Assembly: GCA_963837465.1 (NCBI GenBank)
Contig: CAWINB010000004.1
Location: forward strand, 586,853 to 650,852
Direction: 5' to 3'
DNA length: 64,000 bases
Source: Candidatus Doudnabacteria bacterium
GTDB taxonomy: Bacteria > Patescibacteriota > Doudnabacteria > UBA920
Both the position numbers and the translations under genes were made by a program. How positions within the stretch are numbered: the stretch's first letter is position 1; the number at the start of each line of letters is the position of its first letter. Under the pieces are notes generated by a model. It did not search any database, was not told where the DNA came from, and worked only from the letters and a program-made list of their open reading frames with translations. Below, piece by piece: positions 27,042 to 37,243 of this stretch.

Positions 27042-27923
27042 ATGTTTAGACTTTACTACCACCTAACCAAACCCGGAATAATTTACGGCAATGCCATAAC
27101 TGCCATTGCCGGGTTTTTTTTGGCTTTAAATTCAAATGAATATTTAGTGTCAAGGGTGACCCTTGACACTAAACTTTTTTTTGCGATGCTGGTTGGGCTG
27201 TCTTTTATAATCGGTTCTTCCTGTGTTTTTAACAATGTCTGGGACGGGGATATTGACGCAAAAATGGAGCGGACAAAAAAACGGGCAATGGTTACCGGAG
27301 AGATCGGCAAAATATCGGCGATTATTTTTGCGAGCATATTGGGTTTGCTTGGCGCGTTCATCTTAGGCCTGCTCACTAACCCCTTAACTCTAATCGTCGC
27401 CCTGCTGGGCATGTTTTTTTATTTGATTTTATACACTCCGCTGAAGCGCAAAACCGCATACGGTACTTTAATCGGCGCGATCGCGGGAGCTACGCCGCCC
27501 GTTGTTGGATACGTTGCCGTCACCAATAATTTTGATACCGCGGCATTGCTGCTGTTTTTTATTTTGGTGTTTTGGCAAATGCCGCATTTTTACGCCATTG
27601 CCATCCGCCGGCTGGATGAGTATAAAGCCGCTTCAATTCCGGTACTGCCGGTTAAGGAGGGTATACATAATACAAAAATAAAAATGCTCGCGTACATTGC
27701 CGCGTTTATTTTAGCCACCGCGGGGTTAACTTATTTTAAATATACAAGCTATATGTATTTAGTTGTTATGATTTTACTCGGGCTATATTGGTTGTGGATT
27801 GGAGTTAGTGGTTTTAAAAAAACATCCGATGATAACAAATGGGCCAGCAAAATGTTTTTGTCGTCGCTTATAATCCTGACCTTGTTTTCGGTTGTCGTTT
27901 CATTTGGAACTCGTTTGCCATAA
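27042..27923 (+). CDS. cyoE: Protoheme IX farnesyltransferase (heme O synthase)
   Basis: LTKPGI, NNVWDGDIDAKMERTKKR, YTPLKR, GATPP, WQMPHFYAIA. Confidence 0.96.
   Translation: MFRLYYHLTKPGIIYGNAITAIAGFFLALNSNEYLVSRVTLDTKLFFAMLVGLSFIIGSSCVFNNVWDGDIDAKMERTKKRAMVTGEIGKISAIIFASILGLLGAFILGLLTNPLTLIVALLGMFFYLILYTPLKRKTAYGTLIGAIAGATPPVVGYVAVTNNFDTAALLLFFILVFWQMPHFYAIAIRRLDEYKAASIPVLPVKEGIHNTKIKMLAYIAAFILATAGLTYFKYTSYMYLVVMILLGLYWLWIGVSGFKKTSDDNKWASKMFLSSLIILTLFSVVVSFGTRLP
27143..27173. repeat. 25-bp REP-like palindrome, copy 3, inside cyoE
   Basis: TTT-AGTGTCAAGGGTGACCCTTGACACT-AAA read as LVSRVTLDTK between TM1 and TM2. Confidence 0.9.
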
Positions 27924-28082
27924 CAATACCAATGCATCATCCCGAATGCATCTGAGGGATCCCTTAAAGATGACAGTTTATCAAGGATTGGGGATAAGGA
28001 ATTCCTCTCTCGGCTGCCACTGTCTGGGAATGGTAATAGTAAAAAGCTTGAGTTTTTAAAATTATTGCGCTATGATATTTAT

Positions 28083-28340
28083 ATGATTCTAATTTTCCAC
28101 ATCATCGTTGCCTTATCCAGCCTGGCTTACACCGGCTATGTTTTTCTTTTCCCTTCAAAACGGGGACTTTACGCGGCTTACGGTCTTGTCGCTCTGACTG
28201 TGGCCAGCGGTACCCTGCTTTTAATCCAAAACCCCGGTTCCATGCGCCAAGTCTGTACTACCGGATTGGTTTATTTAGCTGTTGTAACAGTTGGAATAAT
28301 CTTTGTCCATCATAAATTGGCGACAAGAGCGCAATCTTAG
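28083..28340 (+). CDS. Small 3-TM hypothetical membrane protein
   Basis: Hydrophobic ORF downstream of the cyo operon. Confidence 0.7.
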   Translation: MILIFHIIVALSSLAYTGYVFLFPSKRGLYAAYGLVALTVASGTLLLIQNPGSMRQVCTTGLVYLAVVTVGIIFVHHKLATRAQS

Positions 28341-28353
28341 TTTTACAACAACT

Positions 28354-28392
28354 AAAAAGGATTCCCCTAGGTTGCCTAGGGGAATCCTTTTT
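28354..28392. terminator. Bidirectional intrinsic terminator
   Basis: AAAAGGATTCCCCTAGG-TTG-CCTAGGGGAATCCTTTT. Confidence 0.85.
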
Positions 28393-28407
28393 AAATTTCA
28401 ACGATCT

Positions 28408-29916
28408 TTATTCCACATGCACATGCACGTTATCGCTGCCTTTTTGCACGTTAATCCAAAATGAGGTGATGACGCCAACAAATACCAGGACGGCGGCGGT
28501 CACAAAAACGTAAGCGTAAGCGGAAACCTGGGCTTTTAAGATGATCAGGGCGATGAATTTTTGGTAATCCGAAGGGTTGGTGCTGTTTAAAATGCTGTGG
28601 GCGTTTATTTTTAACACGTAACTGTTGGTGGCGTTGGTTAAGATAGTGCTGAAAATCGCAATGCCAAAAGCGCCGGCCACGTTCCTGACCAAGGCTAAAA
28701 TAGAAGAAGCCACGCCGATTTCCTGGGTCGGCACCACCGCGGCAATAACGTTAGTTCTCTGGGCCATGCCAAAGCCCAGGCCAAAAGACATAATAGTCAG
28801 CGGTATCATAATATCCAAAGCCGTGGAACGGGGATCCAAACCACGCAGTAAAAAAATACCCAGAGCCGCCACAAAAGTACTGGCCGCTATTACGTATTTG
28901 GGTTTAACTTTTCCGGTCAGCGCCCCGCCAATTGGCGCGGCGGCCATAAGCCCTACCGCAAGAGGGATAAACAAGTAGCCGCTTTGGGTGGCGGAGTCGC
29001 CCAAAAAAGTCTGGGCAAAAATCGGGATTAGAAATATGGCGCCGTAAAGGCCCATAAAAACGATAAAATTGTTGAGCAGGGTGTTAACGAAGGCGCTGAT
29101 CTTAAAAAACTTTAAGTCCACAATCGGCTCCGGTACCAGCTTTTCTATCCACAAAAATATCCAGGTAAATGCCACTATCGCGGCGTAACAAACCCAGGCC
29201 TGCCAGGAACTCCAGCCCCAGGCGGGCCCCTGGTCCAGTATCAAAACCAAAGCGGAAAGCGCCGCGCCCAAAGTAATGGCACCCCACCAGTCAAAAAATT
29301 TGGTCTTTTTTTCGGATACGGATTCCTTAACGAAAGTTAAAGCCATAAACAAACCGAGCAGGCCAATGGGCAAATTAACCAAAAAAACCGAGCGCCAGCC
29401 GAAGTTGTCTATAAGCGGGCCGCCAATAAGCGGGCCAAACACGGCCGCGGCCGCGAACGAAGAAGACCAAATCCCCAAAGCCTGGGCGCGTTCTTTTTCG
29501 CCCTTAAAAGTTACGGCCAAAATAGCCATGGCAGTGGGGTAATCGGCTGAACCGGCAATGGCCTGGATAACCCTAAATGATATCATGGAGCTTAAATTCC
29601 AGCTAAGTCCGGCCAGTACCGAGCCGAAAATAAAAATGGAAAAACCCAAGATGTAGACTTTTTTGCGGCCGATGGTATCGCCCAGCTTGCCCCAAATCGG
29701 CACGAAAATGGCATTGGCCAGAATGTAAGCCGTGGCAATCCAGCCGGCGGCGGAGACGGAAATATTAAAGTCGGTGATAATTTTCGGCAGCGCCAAATTT
29801 ACAATGGTCTGGTCCAGCCGGCCAAGAAAAGTCCCGACGATAACCGTCAGGAGTATCCACCATTTGAGACTGGAAGATTCTTTTGCGGGTTCGGTTAGGG
29901 TCGTTGTGGTAGCCAT
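28408..29916 (-). CDS. DHA2-family (EmrB/QacA-like) MFS efflux transporter
   Basis: LDQTIVNLALP, GKLGDTIGRKK motif A, GPLIGG, WRSVFLVNLPIG; about 14 TM. Confidence 0.93.
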   Translation of the reverse strand: MATTTTLTEPAKESSSLKWWILLTVIVGTFLGRLDQTIVNLALPKIITDFNISVSAAGWIATAYILANAIFVPIWGKLGDTIGRKKVYILGFSIFIFGSVLAGLSWNLSSMISFRVIQAIAGSADYPTAMAILAVTFKGEKERAQALGIWSSSFAAAAVFGPLIGGPLIDNFGWRSVFLVNLPIGLLGLFMALTFVKESVSEKKTKFFDWWGAITLGAALSALVLILDQGPAWGWSSWQAWVCYAAIVAFTWIFLWIEKLVPEPIVDLKFFKISAFVNTLLNNFIVFMGLYGAIFLIPIFAQTFLGDSATQSGYLFIPLAVGLMAAAPIGGALTGKVKPKYVIAASTFVAALGIFLLRGLDPRSTALDIMIPLTIMSFGLGFGMAQRTNVIAAVVPTQEIGVASSILALVRNVAGAFGIAIFSTILTNATNSYVLKINAHSILNSTNPSDYQKFIALIILKAQVSAYAYVFVTAAVLVFVGVITSFWINVQKGSDNVHVHVE

Positions 29917-30004
29917 AGATTTTGAGATAATCGGAGAAATCAGAGAATCAGAAAAATCGGAAGCTCAGATTCTCTGATTTCTCCGATTTTTCTGGAGTTC
30001 CAGT

Positions 30005-30703
30005 TTACTTCGTGAATATTGTCAGTTTCGCCGACATTCCGTTCTTAAGCTCCGGATACTCCGATGTATTAAAGCGCACTTTAACGTTAAACTGCTGTTC
30101 CTCGCGCTGATCGGAAATATTAAACACAACATCACTTTGGTTGGATGTCGGATCCACTTCGTCCACCACGCCGGAATATTTTTTGCCGCCGAAAGCGTCC
30201 ACGGTAAAACCGGCCAATTGGCCGACGGCTATCCTGTCCAGACCCTTGTTTTCGTCCAGAGTGCCCACCACCCTTAGCTGGCTCGGGTCTATCATGCTGA
30301 CTACCGCGTCGCCGGGATTAAAAGTTTTGCCTATCTCGTTGTCTACGGTTATAATTTCACCCGCGACCTGGGTTTTAATAATTTCCGTGCCGACTTCGGC
30401 TACGGGCGTGTTGGCGGCCACCGTATCGCCTTCGTTGACGTAAAGCGCCTGCAGCTGTCCGGGTGTGCTGGGGGACAGGTCAATAATCGGGGCGGAAATA
30501 AGCGACGTGTCTATGCCTACGCGGCTGCCTGACATTTGCCAGTAAACAAAACCGCCGGCAAGAACCAAAACCAGAACGGCCCAGCTTAAAGATTTAATCC
30601 AGGGGTTCCGCAAAATACCGCGTTCGGCTTTTTCGACTTTGTCTTCGGTCCCGCCGATGGCTTTTAAAATTTGGTCTTCGTTGTTTTTATCGTTGTTATC
30701 CAT
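30005..30703 (-). CDS. Short HlyD/EmrA-like membrane-fusion adaptor (no alpha-hairpin)
   Basis: TM anchor, lipoyl halves VNEGDTV and IKTQVAGEI, beta-barrel, LKNGMSA. Confidence 0.8.
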   Translation of the reverse strand: MDNNDKNNEDQILKAIGGTEDKVEKAERGILRNPWIKSLSWAVLVLVLAGGFVYWQMSGSRVGIDTSLISAPIIDLSPSTPGQLQALYVNEGDTVAANTPVAEVGTEIIKTQVAGEIITVDNEIGKTFNPGDAVVSMIDPSQLRVVGTLDENKGLDRIAVGQLAGFTVDAFGGKKYSGVVDEVDPTSNQSDVVFNISDQREEQQFNVKVRFNTSEYPELKNGMSAKLTIFTK

Positions 30704-30731
30704 ATATTAAATAGTGTTAGATTGTTCAAAT

Positions 30732-32295
30732 TTAACTTCCAAAAGTCGCGACCTCCTGGCCCTGGTTCAGCCCGCCGGTTATTTGCACATTGCCGTCAAT
30801 CCCGGAAATGCCGATTTGAACCGGCGTGAGCCGGGTTTTGCCGTTGTTCTGGGTAATGACGTAATTTTGATTATTCTGCTGGATAACCGAGCTGGCAGGG
30901 ACAACTAAAGCGTTTTGGAGTGTTTGGTCGGTAATGCTGATGCTCGGCATCCATACCTTCTTTAATTCTGGCGTCGTTTTGGTTAAATTGCAGGGTGGTT
31001 TTGTAAGTATTTATCCCGTTCTGCACGGTGGAGGATGGGTCTATCGCGATAACGGTGGCGGGAAAAACCACGCCGCTGCCATAAGCTGTTAAAGTTACAG
31101 TGGCGCTGTCGCCGACTTTAATTTTTCCCACATTGGTTTCCGAAACGTAGGACTGGATTTGGAATTGCGAGCTGGAAATCATTTTGATGGCATCGGGACC
31201 AGGAGCCAAAGTGCTGCCGGCTACCGTCTGTCCGACTTTGGTATCCACCGAAGTGATTACGCCGTCTATGGGGGCGGTTAAAACAGTTTGGCTGTAAGTG
31301 TTTTGCGCGGATTGGACTTCGGCTTTGGCTTCATCAACCGCGGCCTGGGCCGAGGCTATATCTTCGGGTTGGGCCGGAGCCTGCTTTAGCTGCAGGGCTG
31401 CCTGGGCTTGGGTTAACGCGGACTGCGCGCTGTCAACCGCAGTCTGTGCCGTAGTTAGGGCCTGGTTTTGGGTTTGCAGCGCCGCGTTGTAGGCGTTTTG
31501 GTTGGCAACATAGCTGGCCGCGGCCGTGTTGGGAATGTTTACGGTCCAGCTATCACCCGAGTAAAGCTGTCCGGAAGGGAACTGGATCGTTAATCCCTGG
31601 GTGCCAAGAGGTACCGGCCCAATATTGCTGGCTGTTCCCTGGAAATTTTCCAGCCCGCTGGCCGTAAATTGTATGCCGCTGCCGGTATTGTAAAGTTTGA
31701 TTAAATATTGCCCCTGCTGGGTGCCGGTATAGCTGCCGCCGATAGCGGGGTTCTGGCTGGAAAGATTATTGGATGAGGGTGTGGCGGCCAGGCCGGAATT
31801 AAGCAAAGCGGTCAGGGCGTTTTGCACGGCCTGTTTTTGCTGGCTTATGACAGCCTGCTGGTTTAGCTGGGCGTTAGCCAGGGCGCTTTGAGCGGCTGTT
31901 ACGGCAGTTTGCGAGACGTTAATATCCGCGGAAGTGTCGCCGCTTACAACTTTCTGGTAATTGGCCTGGGCCTGGCTAAGTCCTGCCTCGGCCTGGCTTA
32001 AGGCCGCGGCTACGTCGCCGGAATCAAGTTTAACCAAAGCCTGTCCCTGCTTGACGGTTTGGTCGGCGACAACGTCAACTTCCGAGACTGTGCCGCCTTG
32101 TTGAAAGGCCAGAGACAAGTCCTGGGCGGCCACTACTGTGCCGCTAACGTTTACTCCCTGGGTAATGGAGGAGTTTTGGGCATTGGTAAAGTTAAGCTGG
32201 GGGCGTTTGGTTAAAGACCAGCTTATGTAGCCGGCGGCGGCTAAAATCACGATTATGGCAATTACTGTTACTGTTATAGGCTTGCTTGTTTTCAT
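30732..32295 (-). pseudogene. Efflux periplasmic adaptor (HlyD/MacA-like) with a frameshift near 30945
   Basis: LAFQQGG, LTAPIDG, IKEGMDA continues in a second frame as SISITDQ..NALVVP..GLNQGQEV. Confidence 0.8.
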
Positions 32296-32400
32296 AGAAT
32301 CTGGTTTGCGTTTAATTGTTGTTCCTGCTCGTCATGATTGTAAAATTATTTACGGTTTCTTGATAGCGTATGTTTCCGTTTTGGAAACGTCCGGATAAAA

Positions 32401-32841
32401 TTAAGGCGTGCCGGCCATCTTTTTTAGAATTTTTAAAAAATCCAGCTGCTCCCTGACGCTTAGATTGTCCAACAAATGCTTAAAAATTCCGCAGCGCTGC
32501 TTAATGCCTTTTTGCAGTACGCCGTCGCCTTTTTTGGTCAGCTGTAAATGAACGGTGCGGCGGTCCGAACTGCTCGATTTTCTGGTGATAAATCCGGCCA
32601 CGACCAAATTATTAATCAATACGGTAGCCGAAGGAGGGGTGATGGCCAGAAAATCCGCTACTTCCTTCATGGTGGACTGTTTCTTTTCCTCAATAAAGCG
32701 GAGCGTTTCCACGTGGGCCATTGGAAGGTTGTAGAGGGGATTGTTTAAGTCCGTTTTTTGTTTTAGGGCCCGAAAAGCGCTAAAAAACAGCGAAGCTATT
32801 TCGTCAGTTTTGTTATTTTTCATCGGAAAAATATTAGACAT
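32401..32841 (-). CDS. MarR family transcriptional regulator
   Basis: wHTH TMKEVADFLAITPPSAT, DRRTVHLQLTKKG. Confidence 0.93.
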   Translation of the reverse strand: MSNIFPMKNNKTDEIASLFFSAFRALKQKTDLNNPLYNLPMAHVETLRFIEEKKQSTMKEVADFLAITPPSATVLINNLVVAGFITRKSSSSDRRTVHLQLTKKGDGVLQKGIKQRCGIFKHLLDNLSVREQLDFLKILKKMAGTP

Positions 32842-32847
32842 ACAAAA

Positions 32848-32890
32848 TATTAGATACTCTAATAATATACCATATTTCGGGCTTTGTCAA
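32848..32890 (-). promoter_or_regulatory. Promoter TTGACA-17-TATTAT with overlapping putative MarR operator
   Basis: IR TATTAGA-TAC-TCTAATA 32848-32864; second AAAATATTAGA half-site near 32828. Confidence 0.65.
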
Positions 32891-32971
32891 GGGCGATTTC
32901 TTTAAATTTTTAAACAAGGGGCGCCCTTTGCCGCAAAGGGCGCCCCTTGTTTTGGGGCAGGCCCCTTATAT

Positions 32972-34129
32972 TTATTTTATGGCTGCGGCTACAGCGTTGG
33001 ACGCTTTTTTATCAAACAGGTCCGGCAGGATTTTTTTGGACGTGGGATTTTTTACCAGCGCGGCCAGATTTGCCGCCGCGGCGATCAGCATTTTTCGCGT
33101 GACCAGGCGGATTTTATTGTCCAGCGCCCCGCGGAAAATCCCCGGGAAAGCCAGGACGTTATTTATTTGGTTGGGGAAGTCGCTCCGGCCCGTGGCTACA
33201 ATCAAAGCTCCGGCTTTTACGGCCGTCTGGGGCATTATCTCGGGCACAGGGTTGGCCAGGGCGAAAATAATGGGTTTGGGGTTCATGGATTTTACCATAG
33301 CCGGTTTTAGCAGTCCCGCTTTGCTTACGCCGATGAAAACGTCGGCATTGTTTAAACAGCCTTCCAGTCCTCCCCGGAGGTTTTTTTGGTTGGTTTGCTT
33401 GGCCAGCCGCAGTTTTTCGGCATTTAAGCCGCTTCGTCCTCTATATATAGCGCCTTGGCTGTCCAGTATTATCAGATTTTTAAAGCCGTAAGCCAGCAAT
33501 AATCCGGCAATGCCTGTTCCGGCGGCGCCCGCGCCGTTGATAATAATTCTTGAACGTTTAGGGTGGAGAGTATGGGGTATAATAATGGCGGAACGGCATT
33601 TTAAAGCATTTACCAGCGCCGCCAAAACCACCACCGCCGTTGAATGCTGGTCATCGTGCAAAACGGGTATATCCAATTCCGCCTGGAGCCTTTTTTCAAT
33701 TTCAAAGCAGCGCGGCGCGGAAATATCTTCCAGCTGGACGGCGCCAAACACCGGCGCGATCATTTTAACCGTCCTGATGATTTCTTCGGTATCCTGCGTA
33801 TCCAAACAAACCGGAAACGCGTCTATGCCGGCAAACTTTTTCAGCAAAATCGCCTTGCCCTCCATAACCGGCAAAGCAGCCAAAGGCCCGATATTTCCCA
33901 AACCCAAAACCGCGCTGCCGTCCGTCACAACGGCCACGGTATTTTTTTTGATGGTATAGGTTGCCGCCAACCTGGCATCCCGGGCAATCAGTTTGCAAAC
34001 CTCAGCCACTCCCGGGGTATAAGCCAGGCAAAGATCGCTCGATGTCTCCAACCGAACCCCGCTCTTTATTCCCAGCTTGCCGCCGCGGGCTTTGTGCAGC
34101 AATAAAGATTTTTTAGCGATGTCGCGCAT
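32972..34129 (-). CDS. NAD(P)-dependent malic enzyme
   Basis: AYTPGVA, VTDGSAVLGLGNIG, MEGKA, LEDISAPRCF, HDDQH, GAGAAG, ATGRSDFPNQINN. Confidence 0.95.
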   Translation of the reverse strand: MRDIAKKSLLLHKARGGKLGIKSGVRLETSSDLCLAYTPGVAEVCKLIARDARLAATYTIKKNTVAVVTDGSAVLGLGNIGPLAALPVMEGKAILLKKFAGIDAFPVCLDTQDTEEIIRTVKMIAPVFGAVQLEDISAPRCFEIEKRLQAELDIPVLHDDQHSTAVVVLAALVNALKCRSAIIIPHTLHPKRSRIIINGAGAAGTGIAGLLLAYGFKNLIILDSQGAIYRGRSGLNAEKLRLAKQTNQKNLRGGLEGCLNNADVFIGVSKAGLLKPAMVKSMNPKPIIFALANPVPEIMPQTAVKAGALIVATGRSDFPNQINNVLAFPGIFRGALDNKIRLVTRKMLIAAAANLAALVKNPTSKKILPDLFDKKASNAVAAAIK

Positions 34130-34209
34130 ATTCTGATTCTAGCAAATAAATACCTGTAGCGGAAACCTAAAAAATGCTATAATGACTCCGTAAAATTAAT
34201 TTAAGATGT

Positions 34210-34572
34210 ATGCGCGTAGTATTTAGAATTTTATTTACCGCTTTAGGCGTGCTTTTGGCCGCTTATATTGTGCCGGGAATAGCAGTGGCCGGTTTTTGGA
34301 TCGCGGTTTTGGTGGCTGTGGTTTTGGCGATTTTAAATGTTACCGTCGGGGCGTTGTTAAAAATTTTGACTTTGCCCTTAAGCATTGTAAGCTTTGGTTT
34401 TTTCTTCCTTATTATTAACGCTTTTATGTTCTGGGCGGCCAGTTTTGTAAAAGGCTTCCACGTGGCCGGGTTCTGGGCGGCGTTTTTTGGGTCGTTGATA
34501 GTTACCGTGGTAGCAATGCTGGGCAGGCGCTTTATCCGCGGATCATCGCGAAATTACCGTAGCCAATTTTAA
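34210..34572 (+). CDS. 4-TM phage-holin superfamily IV (YvlD-like) membrane protein
   Basis: ILTLPLSIVSFGFFFLIINA and FWAAFFGSL motifs. Confidence 0.88.
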   Translation: MRVVFRILFTALGVLLAAYIVPGIAVAGFWIAVLVAVVLAILNVTVGALLKILTLPLSIVSFGFFFLIINAFMFWAASFVKGFHVAGFWAAFFGSLIVTVVAMLGRRFIRGSSRNYRSQF

Positions 34573-34665
34573 ACTTTAGTGCTAAAATTGTGAGGAATCG
34601 CATTCTGGAGCGGAATCGGCCGCAACATTTTTGGAATTTGATATTTGTAATTTAAAATTTTCCCA

Positions 34666-35886
34666 ATGCCCTACATTAGCGAACTTTTAAACAACAGAGT
34701 TACCGACAGCTCCGATGTTACGGCGGGAAAATTACGGGATATTCTAATCAGCCCCAAGGAAGGCGCTTTTGCCCCCCTGGAGTTTTTGGTGGTTAAGGAC
34801 CTTCAAGGCCAAATCCGTTTTGTGCCTTACGAGTTTGTGGCAAATTTTAACAGCAGCCGGATTTCCCTAAAAAACCTGTTCGGTAAAATAGCGCTGGACC
34901 GCCTGCCTCCCAACCACTCCTACGTTTATTTAAAAAAAGAAATTCTTGACCGCCAGATTGTGGATGTGGCCGGCACCCGCGTAGTCAGGGTTAATGATCT
35001 GCGCATCGGCAGTTTTGAAAATAAAATGTGCGTTTTGGGCATAGACTCTTCTTTCCGCGGCATTCTGCGCCGTTTGGGTTTGGGCGATTCCTATTTCGGC
35101 TGGCTGTTCGACGTAAAGCTGATCGACTGGAGGCAGGCCAAGCTTTTGGAAGGCAGCGCTCCTTTGCGGTTAAACACGGCCGAGGAACAGCTAAGCCGCC
35201 TGCATCCAGCTGACCTGGCTAATTTGGTGGAAGATCTGGACGTAAAATACGCCAGCAGCCTGCTGGCATCTTTGGATTCCGCGGACGCGGCCAAAGTTTT
35301 GGAAGAAGTTGACCCGCGCCTGCAAACTATTCTGGTTAAATATCTGGGTCCGGAAAAGGCCGGAAGAATTTTATCGCAAATGTCCAGCGACGAATTCGTG
35401 GATTTGCTCAAAACTTTGTCCAAGCCCGAAGCCCAGGAATTTCTCTCGCAGGTCAAGGCCGGCAAAACCAAAAACCTGCAGAAACTTATCAATTATCCCG
35501 ATAATACGGCCGGCGGGCTTATGACCGTGGATTTTATTTCGGCCAGGCCCGAATGGTCCGTGGACAAAGTTATCCAAGAGATCAGGAAAGTTTCCGATGT
35601 GATGCGCTCCATAATGTACGTCTACGTTACCGCGGAGGATGGCGCGTTTTTGGGCGTGGTGTCCATAAGAAGGCTGCTTTTGGCCGACCGCGCGGCGGTT
35701 ATGGGCGATTTGGCCAAGCAGTTTCCGGATTACGCTTTTTTAAAGCCGTACCATAAAATCCAAAAAATCATTAAGCTGATGACTAAGTATAACTTATACA
35801 CGGCCGCGGTGGTGGACAAAGAAAAAAAGCTGGTCGGGGTAGTGACGATTGACGATGTGATGAGGCAGTTGTTCCCGAGCGCTTAG
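34666..35886 (+). CDS. PRC-barrel / MgtE-N / CBS domain protein
   Basis: ILDRQIVDVAGTRVVRVNDL, LHPADLA, YPDNTAGGLMT, GVVTIDDV. Confidence 0.9.
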   Translation: MPYISELLNNRVTDSSDVTAGKLRDILISPKEGAFAPLEFLVVKDLQGQIRFVPYEFVANFNSSRISLKNLFGKIALDRLPPNHSYVYLKKEILDRQIVDVAGTRVVRVNDLRIGSFENKMCVLGIDSSFRGILRRLGLGDSYFGWLFDVKLIDWRQAKLLEGSAPLRLNTAEEQLSRLHPADLANLVEDLDVKYASSLLASLDSADAAKVLEEVDPRLQTILVKYLGPEKAGRILSQMSSDEFVDLLKTLSKPEAQEFLSQVKAGKTKNLQKLINYPDNTAGGLMTVDFISARPEWSVDKVIQEIRKVSDVMRSIMYVYVTAEDGAFLGVVSIRRLLLADRAAVMGDLAKQFPDYAFLKPYHKIQKIIKLMTKYNLYTAAVVDKEKKLVGVVTIDDVMRQLFPSA

Positions 35887-35908
35887 TGCTTCGTAAACCC
35901 CAATTTCA

Positions 35909-37171
35909 ATGAAAATTTTTTGGCAAAAGCATAGAACCCAAATTCTTATTTTCCTTGCCGTCGTCGGCCCGGGACTGATTACCGCTATGGCCGATAACGA
36001 CGCCGGAGGCGTGGCCACTTACAGCGTGGCCGCCGCGCTTTACGGTATGAGTTCCCAGTATTTTGTGCTCCTGACCACCATACTTTTGGGCGTAACCCAG
36101 GAAATCGGCGCGCGGATTGCCATTGTCACTGGCAGCGGCCTTGGGGATTTAATCCGCGAGCATTACGGCGTAAAGACCGCGGTGATTTTGTTCTTTTTTT
36201 ATTTTATTGTCAATCAGGGCGTGGTTTTGCAGGATGTTACCGGGCTGAAATCATCCATCCAGCTGTTTGGCTTGCCCTGGCAGCCTATTTTAATTCTATG
36301 CTGCGCGGCTCTGGTTTTTTTGGTCATTTTTTTAAACTATAAAAGTCTCCAGCGGATTTTTTTGGCCACCATCCTGTTTTACGCCACTTATATTTTTTCC
36401 GCTTTTCTTTCGCACCCCAACTGGAAACAGGCCATAAACCAGAGTCTGTTTTTGCCGCAAAAAGCCTACCTGACGGATTTGCATTTCTGGTTTACGCTTA
36501 TAGCGGTTTTGGGAACTACGGTAACGGCCTGGGGCCAGTTTTTTGTCCACAGTTATATCGCGGACAAGGGCCTAAAAGTTTCCGAGCTCAAACAGGAGCA
36601 GGCGGAAGTTTATTTTGGTTCTTTTTTGACCAACTTTTTTTCCTGGATGATAGCCATTGCCGTAACCTACACTATTTTTATCCACGGCATCCATATAACC
36701 GACGCGCGAACCGCGGCTTTGGCCATAAAGCCTTTGGCCGGCAATTTGTCTTACGGCTTGTTCGCGGTCGGGCTTTTGGCCGCTTCGTTTTTAGGCCTAA
36801 CGATTGTGCCGCTGGCCACCGCCTATGTGTTTACGGAATTTTTCGGCTACGAAAGGACTTTAAACGCGAGTTTTTTAAAAGGCAGGGTTTTTTATTCGTT
36901 TTTTATAATCCAAATTTTAATCGGCCTTTTGGTTGCGCTGTTCCCCAAAATTAATTTGTTCGGCCTGACTTTGTACGCCGATTACCTAAACGGCGCGCTG
37001 CTGCCGGTAATTTTTTACTTCCTAATCCGCTTTTCCGAAGACAAACTGATTATGGGTGAAAAATACGTCTCAAAAGGCTTTTCCAGCTGGTTTTTAAAAC
37101 TCTCGGCCGTAGTTATAACCATAGCGGTAATTGCTACGTTTGTGGGAGGGTTTGTGTTGCATTTAAGTTAA
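35909..37171 (+). CDS. NRAMP-family divalent metal (probably Mg) transporter
   Basis: GPGLITAMADNDAGGVATYS, QEIGAR, GTTV; paired with the MgtE-N/CBS gene. Confidence 0.9.
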   Translation: MKIFWQKHRTQILIFLAVVGPGLITAMADNDAGGVATYSVAAALYGMSSQYFVLLTTILLGVTQEIGARIAIVTGSGLGDLIREHYGVKTAVILFFFYFIVNQGVVLQDVTGLKSSIQLFGLPWQPILILCCAALVFLVIFLNYKSLQRIFLATILFYATYIFSAFLSHPNWKQAINQSLFLPQKAYLTDLHFWFTLIAVLGTTVTAWGQFFVHSYIADKGLKVSELKQEQAEVYFGSFLTNFFSWMIAIAVTYTIFIHGIHITDARTAALAIKPLAGNLSYGLFAVGLLAASFLGLTIVPLATAYVFTEFFGYERTLNASFLKGRVFYSFFIIQILIGLLVALFPKINLFGLTLYADYLNGALLPVIFYFLIRFSEDKLIMGEKYVSKGFSSWFLKLSAVVITIAVIATFVGGFVLHLS

Positions 37172-37243
37172 TAAGTATAGAAGTATAGAAGGATGTAGGT
37201 ATTGCCGACATATTCAAATCCTTCCATCCCTAAATCGTCCAAG

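Noticed and set aside
34210-34572. Holin-family gene as evidence of a prophage
   Set aside because: YvlD-like 4-TM proteins are common chromosomal genes; no endolysin or structural phage genes are nearby
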